This document shows positions 48,085 to 56,940 of a DNA stretch of 64,000 nt, one piece after another. The position numbers were made by a program, and so were the translations under genes. Numbering within the stretch: the stretch's first letter is position 1; every line of letters begins with the position of its first letter. The stretch spans positions 29,514-93,513 of IMG/VR virus record IMGVR_UViG_3300000478_000013, one strand, 5' to 3'. The stretch comes from a virus (Duplodnaviria; Caudoviricetes). A model generated the notes under the pieces. It made no database searches and had not been told where the DNA came from. It worked only from the letters and a program-made list of their open reading frames with translations.

Positions 48085-48905
48085 TTGTCGCCGCCAACCG
48101 TTCCACTCCAGCCCGTGTCACTGGACATGGACTCTTCTTCGCGGTTCATCTTACGAGTGAACTTTCTTGCCCAGTCTGGGTTACCCACGGCCCTGGACCA
48201 GTAGTCCTCAAGCAAGCTCTTGTCGTCGCCCACAGCGCTGGGAGAACGCTCAACCACGTTAAACACAGACTCCTTAGGAACAGTGTAGCTCCTGGAGTTG
48301 GCTGAGATGGTGACCTCAGTATCACGGATAGAGGTGACCTTGCCCACCATTGGCATGGTGCCGTCGTAGAACCTGACGGTATCCCCATCAGAGAGCATTG
48401 GAGCCGCCTGACGTACGCGAGCAAAGGAAGCAGACTTGCGGCTGCCCCTTTCCATGCGAGAGGATACGATGTCTGCAATGTTTTCATCCGTGCGACGGAT
48501 GAGGTGCTTCTGAACTCCATTGTCTACCACCTGCCAAATGTGGCCTGTGGTGTCGTCGAAGTAGGAGGATGCCGTCATTCTCCTCATCACCGTTGCGTCA
48601 GTGACAGGGCGAGTGTCTACGTTCATCGTAAGGCACACACTGATGGCGGAGTCTGCTTCGTGTAGTTGTGCGGTCTGGGTCTGTGCGACTACCTTCCTAT
48701 GGAAGGTAGTCGCCACAAATCTCTCAAGCTGAGAGAGTGTAGGAGGCTCACCCATGTGTCGCTCGAAGGCGACAAGCACATTGCACTTGAGGGGGTCGAT
48801 TTCCCTCATGTCTACGATTTGCATATCAGAACGTGGGGGAAGGTTTTGGTCTGCTACCTTTTCACCCAAACGATCAAGAATTTTGTCGTTTACTCTATTA
48901 CGCAT
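48081..48905 (-). CDS. Probable abundant structural protein with C-terminal SH3/KOW-like domain
   Basis: Capsid-like codon bias; GDTVRFY...GKVTSI; AGGAG upstream. Confidence 0.55.
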   Translation of the reverse strand: MRNRVNDKILDRLGEKVADQNLPPRSDMQIVDMREIDPLKCNVLVAFERHMGEPPTLSQLERFVATTFHRKVVAQTQTAQLHEADSAISVCLTMNVDTRPVTDATVMRRMTASSYFDDTTGHIWQVVDNGVQKHLIRRTDENIADIVSSRMERGSRKSASFARVRQAAPMLSDGDTVRFYDGTMPMVGKVTSIRDTEVTISANSRSYTVPKESVFNVVERSPSAVGDDKSLLEDYWSRAVGNPDWARKFTRKMNREEESMSSDTGWSGTVGGDK

Positions 48906-49011
48906 TTTTATACGATCTCCTAGTCTCAGGTTTTGGCACTGAGCTGCCTACGGAGGTACTCCGCCGATACCAATGCAGATTTAGATAAGGTCTTTTCTTC
49001 GTAGTCTAAAT

Positions 49012-49833
49012 TCACAATGTGTCTATGACACGTTGAACCTCTGTTGATACCATGTCCAGGTTCAATTTGGATTTTCCGTACCTTTTCTCCATGGCGTCCA
49101 CCAACGGAGTCATCTTTTCATAAAAGGACCCCAACCATTCTGGTCTGGACCCCGTTCTACGGACCAAGGATTTGCTCCTGGTTTTCACTCGTTGGGTCGT
49201 AGAGTACAGTTCGTCAGCGTCAATATCAAGCAAGGATTTTAGGGTGTACCCCAAAAGACTCCTGTTCATATTGAGTGCCTGCTCCAGGCCCCCTAGGGTG
49301 CTGTATTTCTTGGTCGCCCATTCTACGATGGTCTTGATGTCTGTCCTGCAGTTTCTTTCCGCTGCAACATACTGAGGGGGATGGGCTTCTGCACACTCCT
49401 GGGAGCAGTATAACACCTTTTCATCATCTCCCTTGCTTACTTTGACTTCCACTGACCTCTTTCTGTTCTTTGGGGTAATTGGAGTCTCACAACAGTAGCA
49501 GGCTGACACCCCCATAATTGTGTCGAACTTGGGTTCGACCTCTGCCTGGTTCGATACCCTTAAAGTTCCATTCCTCATGAGAGTGGTTGCTTTCGACAAG
49601 CTTCTGGACACCTTGTTGGCTGGTATTCCCTTTAGCATTCCGATATCAATTGGCTTCAGGGATTCTAGCTCCTGTTTGGCCATATACATGAGTATGCAGT
49701 TATGAACATTTGGGTAGGATGTATGAAATATGCATTCCTTCAGCCTGCAATCTTTGCTTATTTTTTCTCTGTGAACGTGACATCTGACTTCTTTTGTTGC
49801 TGTTTGAGCTAGCTTGAGCTGTTTCTTGACCAT
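49012..49833 (-). CDS. Zn-binding/HTH-like putative regulator
   Basis: Cys clusters (CHVH..C..C; CYCC...YCSQEC); IDIGMLKGIPANKVSRSLSKA HTH-like. Confidence 0.5.
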   Translation of the reverse strand: MVKKQLKLAQTATKEVRCHVHREKISKDCRLKECIFHTSYPNVHNCILMYMAKQELESLKPIDIGMLKGIPANKVSRSLSKATTLMRNGTLRVSNQAEVEPKFDTIMGVSACYCCETPITPKNRKRSVEVKVSKGDDEKVLYCSQECAEAHPPQYVAAERNCRTDIKTIVEWATKKYSTLGGLEQALNMNRSLLGYTLKSLLDIDADELYSTTQRVKTRSKSLVRRTGSRPEWLGSFYEKMTPLVDAMEKRYGKSKLNLDMVSTEVQRVIDTL

Positions 49834-49968
49834 TATGGTGATCCTTTCATGAAACAATTGGGTCCTTCAGAGGACTAAAAAACGAGTGGTTTCAACCACA
49901 TGTAAGATTTTACAATCCGAATCAGTTTTTACACTGTAAACCATTAACACTTCGTTAGTTCCTGGTTG

Positions 49969-49992
49969 GGACCCCGGCCCAGGCCGGGGTCC
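49969..49992. other. GC-rich inverted repeat
   Basis: GGACCCCGGCC-CA-GGCCGGGGTCC. Confidence 0.8.
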
Positions 49993-50091
49993 TCCTAAGT
50001 TAAAGTATTATTAACACTTTAACCACTAGTAACTCCCCACTCCGGCCACTAGCGGGGTAGCGGGGCAACTTAGCACTAGCCCACTCCCCGC

Positions 50092-50121
50092 CCCACTCCC
50101 ACTCCCACTCCCACTCCCACT
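50092..50121. repeat. (CCCACT)5 tandem repeat, G-quadruplex-prone on the minus strand
   Basis: Five exact units plus flanking CCCACT/CCCCG tracts. Confidence 0.9.
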
Positions 50122-50268
50122 GCTACCTCCCCGCCTTTTAAAATTTCTCTTACTTACTACCCATTACCCGTATCACTAAGAAAAAGTTAGATTAGTTACC
50201 TATCTCTTCCTAGAAATCACTATTCCTTGTACACTAATAGTGAGACACTTTCAATAGAAGGTAAAGCA

Positions 50269-50550
50269 ATGGGAAAGAGAAGCAAAGAGTTTATTCACTT
50301 GGAAGACCAAACTCCTGACCAGTTGAAGAAGCTAATTCGTAGTCTAGTTTCTTACGAGGAGAACATCTTGTCTGATATTGAATATTCGAGTGATGAGGAT
50401 AGAGAAGACCTACCATTGCTTAGAGGACTCCTTCATTTCTTGAAGGAGGAGTACCTTGGAGGTGACCTAGAGGAGGAAGAGGAAGAACTTGACTCCTCCT
50501 GGGACTCCTACCATGAGGAAGAGGAGGAAGAGGAAGATGAGTTCTACTGA
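50269..50550 (+). CDS. Highly acidic small protein
   Basis: Poly-Glu C-terminus; start MGKRSKE. Confidence 0.6.
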   Translation: MGKRSKEFIHLEDQTPDQLKKLIRSLVSYEENILSDIEYSSDEDREDLPLLRGLLHFLKEEYLGGDLEEEEEELDSSWDSYHEEEEEEEDEFY

Positions 50551-50803
50551 TGACAGCAGGAGCCCCTGGGAGGGCGTTCTGGAGGCAGTGACCTATACGG
50601 AGGTACCCAAGGAGGAACTGGAGGCTCAGAGAGGCGCTGTGTTGGTTCCTAGCTGCTGGGCACCAGAGTTCGATTCGGTTCCTCAGATCAATGAACCTGC
50701 TATTTTTTCTAAGGTCACCGTGAAGAAGGACGGCACTTGGGAAGTCCAATCCGTGGTGTGGGGTAAAGCCCCCGTGGATAGCACGACCAACGGTATCGAG
50801 TGA
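50537..50803 (+). CDS. Hypothetical protein
   Basis: Start at MSSTDD after GAGGA; ends before terminator. Confidence 0.5.
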   Translation: MSSTDDSRSPWEGVLEAVTYTEVPKEELEAQRGAVLVPSCWAPEFDSVPQINEPAIFSKVTVKKDGTWEVQSVVWGKAPVDSTTNGIE

Positions 50804-50834
50804 TTGTTGTTATTCTGGAACAGTGAGCTGGACC

Positions 50835-50870
50835 AATAAACCCCGGTAGGAAGTACTACCGGGGTTTATT
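50835..50870. terminator. Bidirectional terminator
   Basis: AATAAACCCCGGTAG-GAAGTA-CTACCGGGGTTTATT between convergent genes. Confidence 0.85.
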
Positions 50871-51218
50871 TCAGGCGTTTACTTTGATTTGGATGGGGGA
50901 GGCTCTACTCCGAAATGGCAATTTGATGACGAGCACTCCCTCAGACATACTTGCTTCGACTGCTTCTGTGTCGACAGAGCTTGGCAGACGTATTCTCCTG
51001 TCGGAAAAAGAGTACTCTGGTCTCTCTCGATGCAAGTATTTTCTATTTTCCTTGTTGGGTGGTTTCGTTTGGACGATGAGCAGCGACCCTTCGACGTTAA
51101 CTTGGACGTCCTCTGGCTTCATGCCTGCCAATTCCATTTCGACAACTCTTCCCTCTTCCGTATCGTAGACATCTACTGGAGGGGATTCCCTAAAGAACGA
51201 AGACAGTGTAGAGTACAT
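50871..51218 (-). CDS. Small heat shock protein (Hsp20/alpha-crystallin)
   Basis: PPVDVYD...ELAGMKPEDVQV...RRIRLPSSVDTEAVEASMSEGVLVIKLP; AGGAGG upstream. Confidence 0.92.
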   Translation of the reverse strand: MYSTLSSFFRESPPVDVYDTEEGRVVEMELAGMKPEDVQVNVEGSLLIVQTKPPNKENRKYLHRERPEYSFSDRRIRLPSSVDTEAVEASMSEGVLVIKLPFRSRASPIQIKVNA

Positions 51219-51339
51219 CTGTTTTTCTACCTCCTACACAGGAGGATTATCACTCGTTGGTGTCTGTCAACAAAAAAAGTTAGTCTGTGGACGATAAAAG
51301 TTATCTAATAGGCATAAGTCCTAACCCGACGGAGTCATT

Positions 51340-51678
51340 ATGCCTTACGATTTTGTTAGATCCACCAAAGATGGAGTAGAAGCTTCCCTTGCAGGAGTGT
51401 ACGATTTCATGTCCAACTACATCATTGTACGTGTGGACATCATTCAGAAGGGGTCCAAGGCATCTGACGCCTTGTCTGACCTTGCTTCTCTTGCCTACAA
51501 GGACCACTCTCACTACCCAAAGAATCCTTCGAACCTGTTTCACGAAATTAGAAGGAGTAGGGATAAGGTTAGGGAGAGGACCAAGAAGATCCTCCACAGC
51601 TATGATAGGCCTGCGTGGGTCACCGAGGTGTACGATCTTGCTGAAAGACTAAAGAAAAAGCCATCCAATGGTGGATGA
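51340..51678 (+). CDS. Hypothetical protein
   Basis: GGAG upstream. Confidence 0.55.
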   Translation: MPYDFVRSTKDGVEASLAGVYDFMSNYIIVRVDIIQKGSKASDALSDLASLAYKDHSHYPKNPSNLFHEIRRSRDKVRERTKKILHSYDRPAWVTEVYDLAERLKKKPSNGG

Positions 51679-51784
51679 CATTTTCTGTTTGCTCTCTTGC
51701 CATTAGATTCTGGAAGTGCTGGAACATCTTCTAGAATTGCAATCTGAAATAGTCTTATTCTTCTTGTTTTTTATGTGACTCATT

Positions 51785-52123
51785 ATGCAAGAAGAGCCCG
51801 AGTACGACTTCATTTGCCTTTGCTGTGGTGGAAGAAATGGCGAAAGAAACCCTTTCTGCTCCTTCCATAAATACGTGAAGGACCTAGAAGGCCCAATAGA
51901 CGACGAGGAATATCTCAAGCAATTGGGTGAATGGCTTGGCAGTGAGGAGTACAAGGGCTCTGTGATGGTACCTCCTGGGTTCATTATGTCCAAGGAGTAT
52001 CGATTTCATCTCGTGAAGATGACAGATCCTCACCGAAAATCCAGAAGTCCTGGTGTCTTGCTGTTTACCTTGCCGGGGATAGATGTTCCTGGTACGATCA
52101 ACTTGCTTAGGTTCATGAATTGA
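51785..52123 (+). CDS. Hypothetical protein
   Basis: ORF in operon. Confidence 0.5.
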   Translation: MQEEPEYDFICLCCGGRNGERNPFCSFHKYVKDLEGPIDDEEYLKQLGEWLGSEEYKGSVMVPPGFIMSKEYRFHLVKMTDPHRKSRSPGVLLFTLPGIDVPGTINLLRFMN

Positions 52124-52132
52124 GAGGAAACT

Positions 52133-52814
52133 ATGGAAAGTGTCATCGTAGAAATTCGTGCAGGTGAAGGCGGAAAAGACGCCAAACTTCTTGTTAAGGA
52201 CCAGTTTCAGATCTATGTAAACCTCATGAGTCGGAGGGGTCTTTGAGTACACTGTCATAGAGGAATCTGACGGATTCCTGGCGTTCCAGGCCCAGGGCAA
52301 AGGATCCAAGAAGGCCTTTTCCCATGAAGCTGGAGGCCACAGGTTTCAGCGGATACCTCCCACAGAAAAGAGGGGTCGTGTACAGACCTCCACCGTCACC
52401 GTAGCCGTTCTGGAGGAAGATTCCTCGGAACCTGTTCACATATCGGAAAACGATGTGGAATGGACTACGTGCAGGGGTTCAGGGGCGGGTGGTCAGCACC
52501 GAAACAGGACGGAGTCTGCTGTGCAGATGACTCACATTCCTACTGGGATTAGGGTCAGGGTGGAAAACGAAAGGTCACAGCACCAGAACAAGGAGTTGGC
52601 CTTCAGGATATTGTCCGCCCGTATCAAAGAGGCTGCGAGGCAGAAGGCTTCCTCAGATCGTGACCAGCACCGTAAAAGTCAAGTAGGAAGCGGTATGCGT
52701 GGAGACAAGGTACGTACCATACGACAACAGGACGGAGTCGTCACCGACCATGCCTCTGGTAACAAAATCCGTTACAAAGACTACGTTCGTGGTTTGTGGG
52801 AAGGGCTTTTCTGA
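52133..52814 (+). CDS. Class-1 peptide chain release factor, RF1-type, lacking domain 1; made via +1 frameshift (join 52133..52243,52245..52814; about 226 aa)
   Basis: Frame 0: MESVIVEIRAGEGGKDA...RRGL*; frame +1: EAGGHRFQRIPPTEKRGRVQTSTVTVAVL...GSGAGGQHRNRTESAV...ERSQHQNK...KVRT. Confidence 0.9.
52233..52247 (+). promoter_or_regulatory. prfB-type programmed +1 frameshift cassette
   Basis: GGAGG-GGT-CTT-TGA-G: internal SD, 3-nt spacer, slippery CTT-T, in-frame UGA. Confidence 0.85.
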
Positions 52815-53038
52815 TGCTTTTGAGTGACCTTATACGAAGGTTGGAGTCCATGAAGGAGGAGCACGGGGATATTCACGTCCTCGTGCCCTCCGACTACCCA
52901 GGAATGTACGTCAGGTTGTCTTACGTTGGAGAAGGAAATCATTCTCTTGCGGATGATGACACCGTAGTGGTTTCTGGTACTCGATATGTAGAGTGGAATG
53001 AGGAAGACGACCACGAGTTTTTCGTGGTTCTAGGTTGA
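52814..53038 (+). CDS. Hypothetical phage protein
   Basis: TGATG-coupled MLLSDLIRRLESMKEEHGDIHV. Confidence 0.6.
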   Translation: MLLSDLIRRLESMKEEHGDIHVLVPSDYPGMYVRLSYVGEGNHSLADDDTVVVSGTRYVEWNEEDDHEFFVVLG

Positions 53039-53118
53039 CACATGGATAGAGAAAGATGTCGTAGAGTTCTCCCTCTACGACACACGCGTTAGCCATGATG
53101 CTGCTTGGCTAACTGGGT

Positions 53119-53562
53119 CTATCGAAGGCAATTCTTAGGGATCCAAGCTTCCTCCGTATACTGCGCTATGCCAGCAGCATCCCTTTGGTGAACAGAATCT
53201 AGGGAGGAGAACGTCTCCTCCCAGTTCTGTTCTTTCTGCTTGTTCCACCAGTTTTTCCACTGGGCTGCAGTGAGTTGGATTAGGTCCCTTCCTCCATGTG
53301 TCTTGGATAAGACCGACACTCTCCCTATCATTTGATTTATGATTTCAGCGTGGATGGACTGTCCTCTGTTCCTCACCATGAATCTCTCTAATACCACGTA
53401 ATCTGGGTTGATTCTTCTGACTAACTCTATGAAATCATTATTGAATTCTGCGTCGTTGTTTACGTCAGGCATGGTCTTCAGCCACCCAGCCTCTTTAACA
53501 CCTTCACACCAATGGACCCAGGCGAAGTTAACCTTCCCTGGGTCCATTGCTAGAATGGTCAT
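53119..53562 (-). CDS. RuvC-like Holliday junction resolvase
   Basis: ILAMDPG, VVLERF, WKN, HQRDAAGIA; start moved to ATG 53562. Confidence 0.85.
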   Translation of the reverse strand: MTILAMDPGKVNFAWVHWCEGVKEAGWLKTMPDVNNDAEFNNDFIELVRRINPDYVVLERFMVRNRGQSIHAEIINQMIGRVSVLSKTHGGRDLIQLTAAQWKNWWNKQKEQNWEETFSSLDSVHQRDAAGIAQYTEEAWIPKNCLR

Positions 53563-53981
53563 TCCCCTCTTACCGACCTCTCTAGTTCCTCTAGAGTGGT
53601 GTCGTTCATTAGGAAATGATCGTTTTGTTTCATCATCACTTCTAGATCCATCATCGGACGAGTGATAGACTTGCTTGTTTTCCATGCTTCTACTAATTCT
53701 ATCAATAATGTATTTGTTTGTTGAAGTCTTCCAACTATTCCCTTGTACCTTGCGTATACAGACGTTAGTATTGAACTTGTTCCCTTCGCCTTTTCCACCA
53801 CGAAATCGCTGTATTTTTCCTCCGCACGGACGCGGTTTTGCAGCTCCCTGAGTTTTCCCAGGAAAATCTCGTGTATGACAGAAGTGACTTCTACTTCTGT
53901 TCTACTTGAACCTACCCTTACGTCCAAGAAGAACCTTCCGTCTTGGTGCTGTCGAAGTTCTATATCCACCACTACATCCAA
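53559..53981 (-). CDS. Hypothetical protein
   Basis: Coupled ORF. Confidence 0.55.
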   Translation of the reverse strand: MDVVVDIELRQHQDGRFFLDVRVGSSRTEVEVTSVIHEIFLGKLRELQNRVRAEEKYSDFVVEKAKGTSSILTSVYARYKGIVGRLQQTNTLLIELVEAWKTSKSITRPMMDLEVMMKQNDHFLMNDTTLEELERSVRGE

Positions 53982-54380
53982 TCAAGTGTAGTTCCTCATG
54001 CCATCGGGAGACAGCCTTGGACCACCTGTTTCGTTGACTATGATTAGCTTTCGAAATATAAGGTCTGCTAAGGCATCCTTCACGAATTGATCTATCTTTT
54101 TAATGGTCTCTTGCTCAAGAATTACAGGGTCAAAGCCTATGACTAGGCTGTTACCATGTGAGGGTTGTGTTCTTGCGGTACTTCCATATCTTCCGTTGGA
54201 TCTGTACCCAATTCTTCTTAGCTGTTCGCTTCTGCTTATAAAGCCCACATCAGAGGACCCGAACATTTTGGTACCAAGGACGATGACCGCACGATCTGGA
54301 ACCGTAAGAGGTACAGCTGTTAGTGGGTTGTCGTCAGGTGGTATGCCTGTGGGATCTGCTCTTCTTATTTCTATCGTCAT
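53982..54380 (-). CDS. Hypothetical, possibly virion protein
   Basis: Coupled ORF. Confidence 0.5.
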   Translation of the reverse strand: MTIEIRRADPTGIPPDDNPLTAVPLTVPDRAVIVLGTKMFGSSDVGFISRSEQLRRIGYRSNGRYGSTARTQPSHGNSLVIGFDPVILEQETIKKIDQFVKDALADLIFRKLIIVNETGGPRLSPDGMRNYT

Positions 54381-54580
54381 TTGTCTTCCTCATTTTCTGT
54401 GGACTTGGTTCCTGGAGCTGGGGGAGGCCAACTGAGGTGAAGATTTCCCACCTCTTCTCTTTCCTCTAGTGTCATGGCCTGCCATAGAAGACCCATCTTA
54501 TCTAAGATCTCGGCCTCTTCTCTCCTGTTTTTCTTCAATTCTTCCAGGAGACGAAGATACCTTTTCTTGTTTTCTGACAC
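54377..54580 (-). CDS. Hypothetical protein
   Basis: Coupled ORF. Confidence 0.45.
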   Translation of the reverse strand: MSENKKRYLRLLEELKKNRREEAEILDKMGLLWQAMTLEEREEVGNLHLSWPPPAPGTKSTENEEDK

Positions 54581-54582
54581 GG

Positions 54583-55716
54583 CTATACCTCTCTCTTTGG
54601 ATTACTAACATCTGTTTGACCAGGTGGGGTCACATGTGGACCATCTGGAGTTGGGGTTTCAGCCCTGTTGCCAGGTCTTCTAAGGTGGTTTGCGCTACTC
54701 TTCAGTACGAAGTCCTCCTTTTCCTTGTCTGTTTGAATTGACTTGACGAATTCCGGAAGCTTTTGTTCCACTGTCTTTCCAATAGGAACAATTGCGTACC
54801 CTTCATACTTTTGTACCAATCTTGCTGTTACGTCCCACGAGGTAAGGATTCCCATCGGTTTGTTATCAGAAACCGTGGTTACCTTCCATCTGGTACCGTC
54901 TAAGGTGTTGTACAACCAGTCTTCCGTTGACATGTTTTTTAGTGTATTGTCGAACCAGAACGATTGGCTGCTGAAGCTTTGGTATATACCCAGGTCCTCC
55001 AATGCTAGGGACTCTTCCACCCTGGGTATGTTAACTCTTATTTCTGTGTTGCAGAGAAGCCTGTAGCTGATTCTCATGCTTATTAACTTGGGGAGAGCTG
55101 CTACCGGAGACACTCTCTTCATTACTACTCTGAACAGTATCTTTTGCTGGCCGAGTCTAACCCTTAGAGAGTCTTCTGTTAGCATTTGGTAGTCTGGCTC
55201 AGACGGTGACCTTAGATAATATTGAATTGAGGTGCCTTCTGGTTGAAAATCCTTTACCTCAAGGAGGTCCAAGACACCTATGTTATTCTTTATCCATACT
55301 TCGAAGTCTAGCGTTCCGTAGACAGCAGACTTAACCAAAGACCAAAATATGGGTCTGGTTGGATTAGTATAATCAGGAGACGTATTTGCACAAGCTACAT
55401 TTGGATACGTTACGTCGAATACTTCTGTCTTAGTTCCTCGCTTGCTAAATCCACCAACAATACCAGTACCATAGCATACAGGACATATTCCTGCTGGTTC
55501 GCTCTCTATCTCAAAGCAGGAGCACCTTCTTCCTGTTTTTACCTTTTGGAAGTACTCGAAGTAAACAGGGTTTACGTTAGATGCGTTCTGGCTTTTTCTA
55601 GCGATGATAGGTATGAGGTCTTCCCTTGCGTGTCTCTGAGGCAAGTCTCCTAGGATATCGGTGTCTGCCGATACCCTGTCATCGTCCTTTGGTCTGTAGC
55701 CTCTTGCGCTCACCAA
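54583..55716 (-). CDS. Putative neck/head-closure protein with Zn finger
   Basis: GRRCSC...CPVCYGTGIVGGF plus C-terminal beta domain (GTRWKV), a pattern recalled from large-phage neck proteins. Confidence 0.55.
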   Translation of the reverse strand: MVSARGYRPKDDDRVSADTDILGDLPQRHAREDLIPIIARKSQNASNVNPVYFEYFQKVKTGRRCSCFEIESEPAGICPVCYGTGIVGGFSKRGTKTEVFDVTYPNVACANTSPDYTNPTRPIFWSLVKSAVYGTLDFEVWIKNNIGVLDLLEVKDFQPEGTSIQYYLRSPSEPDYQMLTEDSLRVRLGQQKILFRVVMKRVSPVAALPKLISMRISYRLLCNTEIRVNIPRVEESLALEDLGIYQSFSSQSFWFDNTLKNMSTEDWLYNTLDGTRWKVTTVSDNKPMGILTSWDVTARLVQKYEGYAIVPIGKTVEQKLPEFVKSIQTDKEKEDFVLKSSANHLRRPGNRAETPTPDGPHVTPPGQTDVSNPKREV

Positions 55717-55803
55717 TTTCCTCGCTGGAGATAGGTCTATTTTCTTTGCGAGTTATTTGGCTCTCGCAGCACTTTTCAAATAATGATGGAGAGCTTCTAG
55801 ACT

Positions 55804-56940
55804 ATGGCTATTTCCCCACAAAAGGTTGTTAGAGGAACTCCTGTAGTTTTTGAGCAGCTTTTCCTTGAGGAAGATGGTACCCCTCTCGTTCCTTTGGACC
55901 CTATTGCGTATCCCTCTGTATCTATAGTATCACCTTCTGAGGAGGTAATACAGTCAGGTGTAGGGTTGTCGGTGGGGGACGGTCGATGGAGATTTACTTG
56001 GTTCGTACCGGCAGACCTTGAATTGTCTGGGTTGGACAACCCATGGAGAATCGACTGGCTTCTTGTAACACCTGGAGGAAGGCAGGTAGAGCGACAAGCA
56101 AACTTCGTCGTAATAGACAACATAGAGGCATCCCCGGACGAGAGGGCATACACAAACCTTACCTACCTGAACAACTCAGAGCGGGCCATCATAAAGTTCA
56201 AGCACCCTCAAGATCAGGTACAGGTAGTTCTCATCTCCCAGTCTGGGGAGGAGATGAACCTTTCTCCCGCAGTCAACGTCATTCAGTCTGACGGGCTCTA
56301 CTCCTACTACGTAGACACTCCTGTTCTCACTTCTTCTGGGTGCTATCTTGTGGTATGGACCACCAGACAGACACCTATATCTCCTGCTACTACAATGGTT
56401 CAGCAGATTCGTGTCCCTGAGATGATGTATTGGTGGCTTCAGCCCAGCCTTCGTATGCTAATTGACAAGGTACAGAAGAAGATAGGTCATGTTCAATCCT
56501 ATTCAGACTCTGACCTCTACGAGTACATGATGAGAGGTGCAGACTTCGTCAATGCAGTGAACCCAATCACAGGTTGGAGTTTGATTAATTGGCCGTCTAC
56601 CTTTGGTATGACAAACTTTCTTCTAATGGCTGCTGCCTGGTGGGGTCTCCAGGCTCAGTACCTCAGCGAGGGAGAGCTGAAGTTCAATTTCAGCGGACAG
56701 ACTGTGACCTTAGACGTGGATAGGACCTCCGTATACGCAGACGCCATGGCTAGACTTAAGGATTACCTCGACAATCAATTGCAGCAAACCAAGAGAAACA
56801 TGCTGAGAAGGCAGAGTGTCGGAGCTATCGCAACCCGTCCTTACGATTTTGGTCTTCAGTCACTAGTCGCAAGGGTACAAACGGTAAACGGTGGCCAAAA
56901 TCAAGTTTTACCGTTATTTAGCAGGTTAGGTCTACTCTGA
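55804..56940 (+). CDS. Putative head-tail adaptor (neck) protein with N-terminal Ig-like domains
   Basis: LRMLID...YSDSDL...FNFSGQTVTLDVDR helical adaptor-like C-terminus. Confidence 0.6.
   Translation: MAISPQKVVRGTPVVFEQLFLEEDGTPLVPLDPIAYPSVSIVSPSEEVIQSGVGLSVGDGRWRFTWFVPADLELSGLDNPWRIDWLLVTPGGRQVERQANFVVIDNIEASPDERAYTNLTYLNNSERAIIKFKHPQDQVQVVLISQSGEEMNLSPAVNVIQSDGLYSYYVDTPVLTSSGCYLVVWTTRQTPISPATTMVQQIRVPEMMYWWLQPSLRMLIDKVQKKIGHVQSYSDSDLYEYMMRGADFVNAVNPITGWSLINWPSTFGMTNFLLMAAAWWGLQAQYLSEGELKFNFSGQTVTLDVDRTSVYADAMARLKDYLDNQLQQTKRNMLRRQSVGAIATRPYDFGLQSLVARVQTVNGGQNQVLPLFSRLGLL

Noticed and set aside
51246-51270. TTGACA...GATAAT upstream of Hsp20 (minus strand)
   Set aside because: Spacer is only 13 nt, non-canonical; cannot be supported as a sigma70 promoter
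52133-52814. Release factor as a simple pseudogene or as PrfH
   Set aside because: The only break coincides with an exact SD-N3-CTT-TGA cassette and all catalytic motifs are intact; the recognition loop is RF1-like, not PrfH-like
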